DNA of 64,000 nt, taken from Chiloscyllium plagiosum (lineage: Eukaryota). The DNA lies in assembly GCF_004010195.1 (NCBI RefSeq), contig NC_057718.1, positions 69,433,098-69,497,097 of the forward strand, in the 5' to 3' direction. Numbering within the stretch: position 1 is the stretch's first letter; the number at the start of each line of letters is the position of its first letter. Positions 1-13,420 of the stretch are shown here, piece by piece. Under the pieces are notes generated by a model, which had not been told where the DNA came from, made no database searches, and was given only the letters and a program-made list of their open reading frames with translations. The translations under genes and the position numbers were made by a program.

Positions 1-160
1 CAATAGGTGAGTGGGGGAGGGGATGAAGGTGATAGGTCAGGGAGGAGAGGGTGGAGTGGATAGGTGGAAAAGGAGATAGGCAGGTAGGACAAGTCCGGAC
101 AAGTCATGGGGACAGTGCTGAACTGCAAGTTTGGAACTAAGTTGAGGTGGGGGAAGGGAT
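1..160 (-). mobile_element. Penelope-like element 3' region fragment
   Basis: Reverse complement resembles the pyrimidine-rich PLE 3' segments at 29870-30090 and 38020-38240. Confidence 0.65.
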
Positions 161-2148
161 AGGGACACTAGTACTGCATGACAAGGGGCCTGAGCCAATA
201 GGATAATGTTCTTTTAGCTGCTTCATTAACGATCGTTGTTCTACTACAAGGTCAGACACAGGCATGTTAATTGACTACGTAATGTTCAGCATATTTCAGT
301 ACTGACATACTGAAGCAGTCAATGTACATATGCAGCAAGAATTGAACAGCATTCAGGCTTGGGTTGCTAAGTGAACAAATCACAGGCAATGATCATCTCC
401 AACAAGAAAAAATCTAAACACTGCCCTCGGCATTTAATATCGTTGCCATCACTGAATCCTCCACTATCATAATTCTGGAGTTACTGTCAATTTGGATCCA
501 AGTCAGTCAGGGAAACAGAAACAGAGGCACTTTTCTTTGTGGATAGAGTTTATTAAATGTTCAGGCTTCCAACTCTTTCCAGGAAATCAACATGGCCATG
601 GAATAGCAGGGTTGTGTGTGGGCCCTTGAGCCTGCGGCTCATCTGCTTTCTTTCTTTTTTTCTTCTTTTCACTTCTGTGCACCTTTTCTTCCTTTTGTTT
701 ATTCAATTCATTTTTCTCTTCCTTCAAGCCTTTTGCAGTGATTTAATGGTCAGCATTGGCACAGCAGCGAGAGTGTGCCATATGCAGAATGACGGCAGCC
801 TCCTGGCGATTGGAGGTGGCAGTGGTAGCAAAGATGTCCTCTGATGTTCAGAACTGGCAGTGGTGGCAAAGCACTTCCAGCAATTGGAGGCGGCAATGGC
901 AGCAGAGATTTCAAACTGGCAACACCAGCAAGCGACATCTCAGAGAAGGGTGACCTAGCCTGTCAGCGGAACCAGAATTGCTCGTTGCAGTAGGCCTCCA
1001 GCAGAGAGTCCTGACATTGATGAGACGGCGGTGGAAGTATCATATCGCTCGGAGCAGGAACCCCTGGCATCAGAGTTCATACCAGAGCTGGGGGTTCCTG
1101 GTTGCAGTCAAGGCAGGCCCGGAGGCAGCGGCAGCAGCTCTGGGTTGTGGTAAGCCCTGAGTCGGGAACTCCTGGTTATCAGTGAGGTGGCAGCAGAGCT
1201 GGGTCTCCTGTTGTGGGGAGACTGTGGGTTCAGCATGGGAATTGGCCTTGGTAGCTGTATCAGTGAGGTGGGCCTACCAGTGAAGAGATGGCGCCTAAAA
1301 AGTGTCAACTCCTAAAGTTGGTGCGTCCAGTGGAGGCAGTGGCAGGACAGTGGAGGTGTGGCAACACAGGCGTCATTGGTGAACTGGATCAGAGCTCAGA
1401 TCTCATGGTGATGGCAGTGGAATGAAGATAGTCTCTCAGTTATATCTTTTTATTCTTAAACGATTCGAAATGGCACCAGATTGTGGCAACAGTTAAAGCT
1501 TTGAATGCAAGTGACAATAAATCATTCAATTCAATTCAGACACCAGTCTCCCTGTTTTCCTTCAGATATTTTTAACCAGCCCATTCAGATGTGTTATGAC
1601 ATATGTCTAGGACAGATGGGACTTGAACCCAGAACTTCTGCTCCACTATCACTGCATTACGAGAGTTCTCTTTCTACCCAGTTGAGTCAATTTATTATCA
1701 ATCACCTGCTTAGCTATTTCCTATATTAGCAGTTACCATTGATTAACTGGATCAGCCATTAAAATAGTGGGATTACAAGAACAGGTCAGAGGCTGGCAAT
1801 TATTTGGCAAGTATCTCAACTCCTGACTCTTCAAAATCACTTGTCTACAAAACACAAGCCATGAAAGTGTTGAAATACTTATCCCCTTTCTCGAAAGAGT
1901 GCAGCTCCAACAACATTCAAGAAACTTGGCACTATACAGGGTGAGCAGTTTATATGATTGGCACCCCATCTGATGCAAATCATAGCAGTGTGCACCACAG
2001 ACCAGATGCAATGCAGCAAATCATTATCCATCAAGACCGTGACTTGGACTACTAAGGAGGACAAAGTCAACAGGTGCATAGAAGCTCCATGACCTACAAA
2101 TTCCCTCCATGTCCCCACTACCCTGACATCATTGTAACTGAGTCAAAA

Positions 2149-2445
2149 TGGTCAGCATGGTGGCACAGTGTTTATCACTGCTGCATCACAGTTCCAGGGA
2201 CCCAGGGTGGACAATCTCATATCTGTGTGGGTTTCCATCAGGTGCTCTAGTTTCCTCTCATAGTCCAAAGATGTTCAGGTTAGGTTGAATGGCCATGTTA
2301 AATTGTCCCATAGTGTTCAGGCATATGCATGCTCGGCGGATTAGCCATGGTAAACACAGGCTTACGGGGATAGAGTAGGGGTGGTTGGATCTGGGTAGGA
2401 TGCCCTTCATACAGACTCAATGGGCCGAATAGCCTCCAACTGTTT
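2149..2445 (+). mobile_element. HE1-type V-SINE (decayed)
   Basis: tRNA-like head, V-domain tctgtgtgggtttcc...gtccaaagatg, CR1-like tail gggccgaatagcct. Confidence 0.8.
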
Positions 2446-3089
2446 GTTTGATTTGTTTGATTCTAAAATCCTGGAACTCCCTCCCTAATTGTGCCTTTAC
2501 CTGTGCAACATAGTTAAGGTAATTGCTCACTTCGGTTTTATAAAGGACAGTTAGGAATGGGGAACAAATGTAGCCTATCCAATAATGTCCACATTTTATG
2601 AAGGAATTCTAAATAAAATATGCAGTAAGGAGCTAAAGTCTACAAAGTGCTGGTTTTAGGCGGAGGAGCTCTATTATGGTCAACTGAATGACCTCCTTCT
2701 TAGCTATTTATTTTTCTATATTCTGAAAATGGCCAAGAAATTAGAGATCACAAATCAGTTTCACTGATTGCTTAATTTAATAGCGGAGCCCAGCATAAAC
2801 TTGAAAAGGCAAAACTCCAGTTGTTTATGCATCTACATTTAACCATAAATCCAAGTGGATAATGTAACCATGGCCTCCTCCAATGCAGACATCTATCTTA
2901 AAACCAATTCAATTCAGTGCATGGATTATCACAAAATACTGAATGCATGGGAAAAAAACAAAGGCTATCAACTGCAACAACATCCTTATTGTGGTGTTGA
3001 AGAAATGTGTTTTTTGAATTGACTCAATGTGATGGGAATGGTCATTGACAGTACTATCGAGCATCACATATTCATCAGTAATGTAAACC

Positions 3090-4330
3090 TAAAAACCAAA
3101 GAACTCCGGATGATGGAAATTAGAAACAAAAACAGAAATTGCTGGAAACACTCAGCAGGCCTCTGAGCATCTGTGGAGACAAAGCAGAATTAATGTTTCA
3201 GGAGCAGTGACATTTCTTCATAACTGATTGTAGCTGAGGAAATGTTGGTATATATGCTAAGGATGGGATAAGGGGAGCAGGAAGGAGTCAATGATAGGTG
3301 GAGATGGAGCCCAGAGAGGGAAAAACAGTTGGGCAGGCAAAGGAATGGGTAAAGGTCAGCCTGGGGAATGAATAGCTGCTAATGGGGCTATTAGTGGTTG
3401 ACAATGGGTTATTTGTGGTAGCAGCTCATGTGATGACAAGGCATAGTGTGTGGGTTGGGGTAAGGACATGAGAGAAGGTCCTCAAGCCCTAAAATTGTTG
3501 AACTTGATATTGAGTCCAGAAGACTACAGGGTTTTCAAGCAAAAAATGAGGTGTTATTCTTTCAACTTGTGCCGAGCTTCACTGGAGCATTGCAGCAAAT
3601 TACTGCGGATGCTGGAATCTGAAACCAAAAGAGAAAATGCTGGAAAATCTCAGCAGGTCGGGCAGCATCTGTAAGGAGAGAAAAGAGCTGACGTTTCAAG
3701 TCTAACTGACCCTTTGTCAAAGCTCTTTTCTCTCCTTACAGATGCTGCCAGACCTGCTGAGATTTTCTAGCATGTTCTCTCAAGACAGCAATGTTGGTCA
3801 GGAAACAGTGGTGTGAAGAAATGGCAGGCAACCAGAAATTCAGTGTCATTTTTGCAGACAGAATACAAGTGTTCTGCAAGATAGTTACCCAGACTGAGCT
3901 TTGTCTCCTCAATGTAGAGGAGACCACATTGTGAGCAGGGTCCAGATTAAGTGAAGTGCAGTTAAATTGCTGCTTCACGTGGAAGGTGTGTCTGGGGCCT
4001 TGGTTAGTGAGGATAGAGAAAGTAAATAGGCAGATATTATACCTTCTGCGATTGCATGGGAAGGTGCCATGGGGTGTGGGAAGATGTTGTGAGTGGAGGA
4101 GGAGTGGACCTAGATATCCTGGAGGGAACGGTGCCCACAAAGAGCTATCAAGGGAGAGGAGGAGAAAATGTGAATGGTGGTGGCATCCTGCTGGAGGTGG
4201 GACATGTGGCAGCTTTTGGGTGTGGATGCTGGTGAGATGGTAGGCGAAGACGAGGGAGGCTCGATAGATGTTGCAGGAGGAAAGAGAGGGGTAGAAGATC
4301 GAAGTTCGGGAGATCGATGGGACACATTTG
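3090..4330 (-). mobile_element. Decayed Penelope-like element (GIY-YIG region and terminal repeat) with nested fold-back insert at ~3605-3780
   Basis: ORF 3736..4140 GTFPCNRRRYNIC...QGPRHTFHVKQQFNCTSLNL, typical of the PLE linker before GIY-YIG. Confidence 0.7.
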
Positions 4331-4339
4331 AACGCCCTG

Positions 4340-5028
4340 TGTGGTGCTGTTTGTGCCCTAATGTTTAGACTGATTGTAATCTAAAAAATGAGTTAATAGA
4401 GTCTTACATAGATCCATGCAATGTTTGAGCAAAGTACAATGTAACTCTGCAAGTATAAATTCACCCCACAAACATATATGTGTATGTGTACATGTGATGT
4501 GTGTGTGTCTCTGTCTGGGATGGGGGGTTCTAAGTGTCTGTGAGAGAGAGTGCGTGTGTGTAAAGGGGTCTAAAGTCTGTGAGAGGGTGCATGTGTGAGT
4601 GTGTGTGTGTCTGGAGTGGGGGGGTTGAGAGTGTCTATGAGAGAGTGTGTATGTGTGTGTGTGGAGGAGTGTGTGTTCAACACATTATCTGTGCTGACAC
4701 CAACTGTTAAAGTTAACCTGAGAATGTAACTTTTAAAAAAGGTTTTGTGATTTACATATGAAAGAAGTGAAACTATCATGGTCATTCTAACAGATGAGAG
4801 ACGTAACAAACAATCAAGGTATTTTTCAATGTATAATTTCAATTACATCACACTGTAAACTTTTCCTATAAATTCTGTGTCTTACAATTGTATCCTCCAC
4901 AACCACCTAACGAAAGAGCGGCACTCCAAAAGTTAGTGCTTCCAATTAAACCTGTTGGACTATAACCTGGTGTTGTGTGATTTTTAATTTTGTACACTCC
5001 AGTCCAACACCGGCATCTCCAAATCATG
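4340..5028 (+). mobile_element. PLE family B 3' fragment with (TG)n-rich tract and terminal repeat
   Basis: Ends in the same repeat as 19539-19662 (cttccaattaaacctgttggactataacc...ccggcatctccaaatca); degenerate hammerhead at 4904-4938; TG/GA low complexity at 4475-4680. Confidence 0.6.
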
Positions 5029-5081
5029 ATTTAAAAAAAACATCAATTGTGCCTTTCAAATGAGGATCTCTGTGCACTTAC

Positions 5082-5111
5082 CAGGTGGCCTGACAATAAT
5101 CTGTGGGTCAT
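5082..5111 (-). CDS. FNDC1: FNDC1 30-nt micro-exon (DDPQIIVRPP-G)
   Basis: Acceptor gttttctgtttttacag|AT, donor CCT G|gtaagt, phase 1 to 1; resembles recalled human DNPLLVVRPPG. Confidence 0.9.
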
Positions 5112-5404
5112 CTGTAAAAACAGAAAACAATCATCGTTCAAATACTGGCTATATTTTGATGAAATTAATAAAATGGTTGTAAATCAGACTTAATAAGTAA
5201 CTCAATTGTTACACGAAAAATGAAGAAAAACAGAATATAAGGAAGAGGAAATGCTATATGACTGATCGACAATTTAATTTTCTGCATCACTTCCACTTTC
5301 TGATCCTGTCCTCATTTCCATTGGCCCTGTAGTGTCCAAACATTTGTTAATCTCAGTCTATTGAGAACTCATAGCCCTTTGGACTAGAACACAGATAACA
5401 TACG

Positions 5405-5840
5405 ATAAGCAGCTGAGGATCCTGGGACTGTATTCATTAGAGTTTAGAAGGTTGAGGGGAGATCTAATAGAAACTTAAAAGATAATGCATGATTTAGAAA
5501 GGGTGGACGCTGGGAAGTTATTTCCGTTCGGCAGGGAGACTAGGATCCATGGGCACAGCCTTAGAATTAGTGGGGATCAATTTAGGACAGAAATGAGGAG
5601 ACATTTCTTCAGCCAGAGAGTGGTGGGCCTGTGCAATTCATCGTCATGGAGCACAGTGGAGGCTGGGACGTTAAATGCCTTCAAGGCACAGATTGATAAA
5701 TTCTTGATCTCGCAAGGAATTAAGGGCTACGGGGAGAGTGCGGGTAAGTGGAGTTGAAATGACCATCAGCCATGATTAAATGGCGGAGTGGACTTGATGG
5801 GCTGAATGGCCTTACTTCCACTCCTTTGTCTTATGGTTTA
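5405..5840 (+). mobile_element. CR1 LINE 3' end
   Basis: ERVDAGKLFP...TRIHGHSLRI...RRHFFSQRVVGLCN, CR1 ORF2 C-terminus and 3' UTR. Confidence 0.9.
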
Positions 5841-6639
5841 ATATACCAAACTCAATCTTCTGAATGAAAGGAGTCTCCCATTTTCATTCCTAAATGACTG
5901 ACTCTTATTCTAAATCTATGATCCTTAGTTTCAGAACTTCAACTAGGGGGACAAAAAACTTCTAAAATTTACCCTGTGAAGCCCTCTAAGAATTTTACAC
6001 ATTCCAGTTAGGTCACTTCTGTTTTATTTAGGTTGCTTTGTTGAACTGATTTGTCTCAGAGCATTGCAGAGATAACTCTAGTCGTAAATCCAAAAATCTA
6101 TTTACAAACCTTTAAAGAATTCTCAGAATTTATAGAATTTCCAAAACACACATTGTCTTTGCTAGGTCTCAGATATTCTAGCTAGAAGCTTATATATGGA
6201 GTTGGTCACTTGACAAAGATCAGTTACAAGACTAGCCTGATCAAACATAGAAGAACTACCACTGAACACTCCACTCATTTCTCATGAAACTCCAGAGAAT
6301 ATAGGTCCATTCCACTCGCTCACTTCATCGGACTTAGGGACTAACCTAATACTGAAGAAGTACTCTCACTAGAGTCGTGTATAATTGTAACAAGAATTCT
6401 TCACTTCATGCATTCTTCCTACATCATTGACAGCAAATGCATTAATTGATTGTCAAATTATTTGAGAAATATGGACATGAGAAGTGCTGCATAAATGCAT
6501 CTTTTAGTATTTCTATACTCTAACTACTTTGCAATAAGGGCTAACATAGCATTTGCTTTCCTAAGTATTTGCTGTGCTTGCATGCTAACATCTACAAATT
6601 CATATACAAGGAATCTATAGCCCTTAAATGCGAATATTT

Positions 6640-7260
6640 GCTTATCATTCAACTTAAAGCTGGCACACAGGTGCAGCAGATAATCAGGAATGCTAATGGA
6701 ATGTTGATCCTTTTTTCAAGTCTATTGAGTATAAGAATAGGGAAGTCCTATTGCAATTGTATGTGATGCTGGTGAGACTACATCTGGAATACACAGAGCA
6801 GCTTTGATCACCTTATTTAAGAGAAGGATAATCCATTGAAGGCAGTTCAGAAAATGTTCACTAAAATGATCCCCAGAGGGGATTGTGTCATGAGCAAAGA
6901 TTAAACAGGTTGGGATTTGACTCACAGGAATTTAGAAGAATGAGAGGTGGTCTCATTGTAACATTTGGGTTTGACAAGGTAAGTGCTGGGAGGATATTTC
7001 CCGTCATGGGAGTGCCTAGGACTAGAGGGCATAAGAATTTTTTCTCTCAGAGGGTTGTGTCTCTTTGGAACACCTTGCCACACAAAGCTGTGGAGACAGT
7101 CTCTTGTGTATATATAAAGCTGAGGTAGATTCTTGATCAGTAGGGGAATCAATGGTTGCAGGCAAAGGATAGTAAAGTGGACATGAGGAATGTCAGATCT
7201 TATTGAATGGTGGAGCAGACTTGAGGCCTACTCCTGTTCCTATTTCTGATGGTCTTTTAG
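6640..7260 (+). mobile_element. CR1 LINE 3' fragment
   Basis: EQRLNRLG...RRMRGGLI...TRGHKNFFSQRVVSLWNTLP. Confidence 0.85.
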
Positions 7261-7545
7261 AATGGCTTGTTTTCCCACTGAAGTGAATAATTTCACATGG
7301 CACCATCAGCAATCCTAGACTTTTCTTATTAATTTCTGTTTCTTTATTTCAACCTTACCATCATGGGTTTAACAGTTTCCATTGGAAGGAAGGTTGATAA
7401 CTAAAGCTTTTCATCATAAGACAAACAAACCAAAGAGATGAAGTTTTTTTTAATCGAAGTAGATTTGATTTAGACTTTATTGTCATGTATACACAAGTAC
7501 AAAAGTCCAGGAGTACAGTGAAAACTTTTCAATGTCACCACGCAT

Positions 7546-7880
7546 AGGTCATACAGTGGCTCAATGATTAGCACTGCTGCCTCACTGCACCAGGGACCTG
7601 TGTTTGATTCTGGTCTTGGGTGTCTGGAGTTTACATGTTCTTACTGTGTCTGCACTGGTGCTTTAGTTTCCTCCCACAGTCCAAACATGTGCATATTAGG
7701 TGGATTAGCCATGCCAAATTGTCTGTAGTGACCAGGGAAGTATAGACTAAGTGGATTAGACATGGTAAGTGCAGGCTCATGGGGATAGGGTAGAGGGCTA
7801 ATTCTGTGTGGGATGCTCTTCAGGAGGTTAGTGCAGAGTTGAAGGCCTCTTTCTATAATGTGGGCATTCTATTCTATTCT
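7546..7880 (+). mobile_element. HE1-type V-SINE (decayed)
   Basis: Same head and V-domain as the other copies. Confidence 0.8.
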
Positions 7881-9489
7881 AGGTTTTTATTCATTGTTTG
7901 AAGGGTAGTGCAAGAAAATTATATGGAAATTTTCAAAAGGGAACAAGAAACAGTGCATAGTTATATGGGAAAATAAAATACAGTGCAATAGAGAAGCAAG
8001 AGAATGGGGATAATTACAAAGATTTAACAAAACCCAATAGTCCAGAAGGGCTCTTCTTTCTGTGAAATTTTTTCACCTTATGGCTGAAGTAAAGGAATAC
8101 GTTAACTTGGAATTTCTAATATTCATTATGGCATATTGGAAAATCCTCTGTATATATTAGGATACTAGATTTTCCAAATATTATGAATAGAAATTTGTGC
8201 AGATGTTGCCAAAGATTTCCTGGTGTGGAGTTTCATGATTTCACCAGGTAGGCAGGTTTGGAAGATCAGTAAGCAAACGCTTTATGAAAAATGCTGCACA
8301 GTTTGCAGTGAACCCAGAGAATTTAGCAATCTCTAATTCTTGCCTCTACCAAGTAAGGCATTGTGCTAGTTTAATTCACCTTGATATACTATGACTACTT
8401 GATATTTAAGCATTATGAATTGTCCCTTACAAAGGTCAAAATTTACTGTGCATTTTTGTATTTTATTTCTGGGATGTGGGTGACACTATATTGCTTCTGC
8501 TTTGGTGATGTAAGAACATGGAAGCCTTCTTGATTGAATGCCTATACAACTGGGTAGTCCTTTAGCCACTAGAGCACTTTGAATTTCTATTTTGCTGTTT
8601 TTGTCAGAGTCAAGGTCAGTTTTCTTGGAATGAGCCAATTCTATAAAGCAAGGCAAGGTCAAAAAGTATCTTGGTTCTGCAGACTGTGCTCACAATTTCG
8701 TGGATAGTGTGACTTTACCTTGGCTCCTGCTACAGCATTAGAAATGGTTAGACCAGTCAAGATGCAGCAAAGTTCAGCACTGGATGATAGTGAATGAGAA
8801 CATCCAATACTTAAATAGTAGCTGCAAGGGAGTGAGGAGAAATGACAAAATCAAGAAATTTTCCCCATAGCTTACTCGCACTGATCTTACTGCAAGTTTA
8901 TGATACTATGGTAAGGTACAAGAGAATTCAACCAAAGAAAGTTTGGAGCCGCTCTTAGGGATAAGTATGTAGCAGTAGATCTCCTCATCCCAACCACTTT
9001 GGTCCTCCACTCCAGGAAGTAACTTCAAGCCAAGAATACATGATGTAATGTGGGACTGGAGTCAAATTAGGTTAGACTTAGTACAATGGCAGAATCACTT
9101 CCCTCAAACACATCGGGTGAACAGTTGGATTTGGGTGAATAGTTGTATTTTTATAATAATTCAACAGCTTTCAAAGTCATGTTGTCCAGTTGTCCCTTAT
9201 CACAGATATTTTACGGAAACTCACACATTATTTTGTAACATTTGAAAATCTAACTCAAATTTTTAAAGTCAAAAAGTATCCCAGGAACAGGAGAGTCGAT
9301 GTTTCGGGCATAAGGCCTTTACCATGCCCGAGACAGCGACTCTCCTGCTCCTCGGATACTGCCTGACCTGCTGTGTTTTTCCAGCACCACCCTTTAGAAC
9401 TCTGACTCTCCAGCATCTGCATTCCTCACTTTCTCAAATTTTTAAATCCTGGGTTACAAATCTAGTATGATAATCATTTCAAAACATCA

Positions 9490-9594
<105 letters not shown>

Positions 9595-9867
9595 TTAGCA
9601 GTTAATCATTTAACTTAAGATTGGCTTACAAGATGCCAATTCCCTCCCTAACAGCATTGTAAGCTTACCTACTGCACATGGATAGCAGCAGTCAAATCAC
9701 AGACTCATTGCAACCTTCTCCCTTTTCTATCCCACTTTGAGTCATACATTCATTTCTAATCTTATTTGCACTTGTCTAATTTACACGTGCCTTGGGTAAT
9801 ATTCTATAGATTACAACAATTGATAGTCTGCTTTTTAATTTGGTACTTGGCTTCTTGTATTGGTTCA

Positions 9868-10168
9868 CAGAATCCCTATGGCCCATGGAGTCTGCGTCAA
9901 CCTCCGAAGAGCATTTCACCCAGACCCAGCCCCCCACCATATCCCGTAACCCAGCATTTGCCATGGCTAATCCACCAAGTCTACACATCTCTGAACACTA
10001 TGGACAATGTCAGCATGGTCAATCCACCTAAACTGCACATCTTTGGATTGTGCAAGCAAACCCACAGCGAGAATGTGCAGACTCCACACAGAATTCTGAG
10101 GCTGAAATCAAACCCAGATTCCCGGCACTGAGAAGCAGCAGTGCTAACCACTGAGCTACCGTGATACT
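9868..10168 (-). mobile_element. HE1-type V-SINE
   Basis: gcagcagtgctaaccactgagctaccgtg head on the minus strand. Confidence 0.8.
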
Positions 10169-12214
10169 CCATTATGTAGAATCTTACTCGTTGTCCTGCC
10201 TATGCCACCCGTACCTACATGGACCAAGATGCCCAGATTTTCCCTTCCCACAGTAAGTTCCTTATCACTGTGAGCACTGCCTAAACCCTGGCAACTCAAC
10301 ATTCTGGACTTTTGCTCTTGACTACAGCGAATAGTGCCACTCCCCCCTACTACATCATCTCATATTGCCACTACATTTTTTATGCTCCTCACACTTAAAT
10401 GGCTTCTAATAACACAGTGCCATGGTTAGCTGGTTTATTTATGTGCAGTTCTACTGTCACCAAAACAAAGTGAAAGAATCGCAAACATTTTGGACACTCA
10501 AAGGCTGAGGTTTGTGCACCTTTGCCTTCAGGACCCCCTTGCCTGCCTCAGATGCAACGCCAATCCCCTGACCACTTATCAAGTTAGAAGACCCTCTCCT
10601 AAGGGGTGCAACTGTTCCTTTGTACAAATGTCCAACTAACTTTCCCCCCTTCCTGTTGTGTTATAGGGTCTATAGCTTGACTTTCAGTTCAATGACTCTG
10701 AGCTAAAAATCCTTGAGCTGCAAACATTACTGCAGACATATTTTTCATGGACACAAAAAGCAAATTGCTGGAAAATCTCAGCAGGTCTGGCAGCCAATGT
10801 GGAGAGAAATCAGAGTTAACGTTTCAGATCAAGTGATTTCTCTCTCCAGATACTGCCAGACGCATTGAGTTTTTCCAGTTTTTGTTTCTGATTTATAGCT
10901 TCCGCAGTGTTTTGGTTTTAGTTTAAAATTTTCCATGGATCCTGGCATCCACATGTTGTTGCCATAGCTCATCACTCTTGACATCCTTAATGTGGTTTAA
11001 TTAATTGCTTAATTGTTTCACACAATTATTTATTTCATTTTTAAAATTGATTTTATCCTTACCATTAGCTCCTGTACTATTTTAAAACTTGGAAATACCA
11101 CAGACCCTAACACTTACCAAATACTCACCAAACAGGTCTTTCTTTACCTGTACCAGAGCAAGAATTAATTTCCCCAAAGGTGAAAAAGTTAGAAACAGCA
11201 AAGAAGTACCTTCTCCCTGTCTTCACCTAATCCCCTTACTTACCTATCTCCCAGGACTCCATTCAAAGTCACACTGAAAAGCTATACTTCGTTGCTTTGA
11301 GTTAGGTCAGCTCTGCATACAAAAAATAGTTTAAACTAGTTTCCTGCTCTCCAGTGGAGAGCTTGTATATACCATCTCTGCCTAAGCCTGAATGAAATTC
11401 AGAATTTAATCATTTAAAGCCACTGAACTACTGTGACAATAAAGTAAGGGATTTGGTATTGATGTGTGGGAAAGAAAGAATTCCTCCATTTTCAGTTTGT
11501 TATGCAAGAAAATGCACCACGTCTAGTTTAGTCATTCACAGAAATGGCTGCAAATAATATTCTCTTCATACTCATTTCACAGAAGACAAGAAAAGCATCT
11601 CTGAATAGACCACAAGTAGCTGCAGCCACACTCTTTAGATTGGCACTAAATTAAATATTATATCAAGCATATTCACCCTGAGTTCAAAATTTGAAATCTT
11701 CGTATGTGGCTCACTATTAGAGTATTTATTCAAGAATTGCTTGATTTGTTAAGAGCATTAAAAAAGGAAGATTACAACTTAACCATTCTGTGGAGGCAAG
11801 ACCAGTTTGTAACTGGCTACACCCCCAAACAGCAGTATAATAATCATCAGCTGGGTAAATTTTAGAAAGCTGGAACCAATCTCCTATCATCACTGTTACA
11901 GCAGATTTAAAACTGTAGGTTCCACCAATTGTGATTTTTCCATTAACAACCCTCAGTAAGTGTGTGTTCTAAAGGTTAATTTTCATTTCCTCTTGTATTT
12001 CTTGTGCATTACCAAAACTTTCAAAGGAATTACTTTTTCAAATAAGGTCAACTCTGCAGCAATAGTTTTCTAACTTTACCATCAAATTTCTTTCCAGACA
12101 GAAAATCCTTAGCACAATGTGAAGCAAATAATAAGGCATAACTGAAGTAGCATAATAATCAATGGTCTTTCAGTTTTAAAGGCAATTCTTTTTCTCAGTT
12201 TATAAATATCATAA

Positions 12215-12782
12215 TAGAGTCATACAGTCCTAAGTATGGAAATAGACCCTATGGCCCAAACTGGTCCATGCCGACCAAAATGTCCATCCACGCTAACCCC
12301 ATTTCCCTGCACTTGGCCCATATTCTTCTAAACTTTTCCTATCCATTTATTTATCCAAATGTCTTTTAAATGTTGTTAATGTACCCACCTCAACAACTTC
12401 AGCTGGCAGCTCATTCCATATGTGTGCCATCCTCTGTGTAAAAAAAAGGTTGCCCCTCAGGTTCCCTTTTATTCTTTCCCCTCTAACCTTAAACTGATGT
12501 CCTCTAGTCCTCGATTCACCAATTGTGGGAAAAAAACTTTGAGTGTATTCATCCTATCCATGCCTCTCATGATCTTACATACATCTATATGATCTCCCCT
12601 CAGTCTTCTATGGTCTAAAGAAAGATGTCCTAGTTTGTCCAACCTCTCCCGACAACTCAGATTGTTGAGTTCTGGCAACATCCTTGTAAATTTCTTTTGC
12701 ATTCTTTCCAGGTTAATAACATCTTTCCTATAGTGGGGTGACCAAAACTGAACGCAATACTCCAAAGTGTAGCCTCACCAAT
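12215..12782 (-). mobile_element. CR1 LINE 3' end
   Basis: EYCVQFWSPHYRKDVINLERMQKKFTRMLP...RRLRGD. Confidence 0.9.
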
Positions 12783-13127
12783 GATAATGTGATTAAATCT
12801 ATGGTTTTAAAACTTGAATCTTTCGAGGCAGATCCTAATTGAAATGGAAACTGACTCTTGTGGTTGCTAAAATAAACTAAGATCAAATGGAAACCAAAAC
12901 TTCTGGCTGAAACTACACAAAGGTTGACAAAGCCATTGAAGGTCATCAAATGACAGTTCCAGGTGTAGTAAAGGCACACTGAAGAAAATAGGTTTAGATT
13001 CACAAGCTGAGAATAAACAAAAAGAACATAGCTGCAGCTGTTTCAGTTATTTTAATTTAGGTGATGCACACCATCTAGATCATTGTAAGCAGAGTTTAGG
13101 CCATTCTGCAAATACATACAATTTTGG

Positions 13128-13420
13128 TGATGAAATAACTTCACAAAGCCTGGTATCCTGTCACCACGTTACTCTTTATTTACATGTGTGCAGTACTGTA
13201 CTTGACATCGGTGTGGCTTTCTTAGAGCCAATCCTCAGAGCCACTTGAAATAGTGAGAATCTCTGAGACTCCTGTTAATCTTTTTGAGATGCTGCACACT
13301 ATTATCTTATTTGCGAGGAGACTCCTGTTTATAACCATCAGCCAGAGCACCCAGGTCAATAACCTCCATCAGGGATCTCACACACAGTAAGATCCGCCTA
13401 ACCCTGGTTAGATTATGCAT
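13128..13420 (-). mobile_element. Solo LTR related to the Gypsy relic
   Basis: tgaaataacttcacaaagcctggtatcctgtcaccacgttactctttatttacatgt resembles 42426-42481. Confidence 0.6.

Noticed and set aside
1..5000. Next FNDC1 exon (expected GEPIWIPF...)
   Set aside because: No matching sequence found by eye; presumably beyond the left edge.
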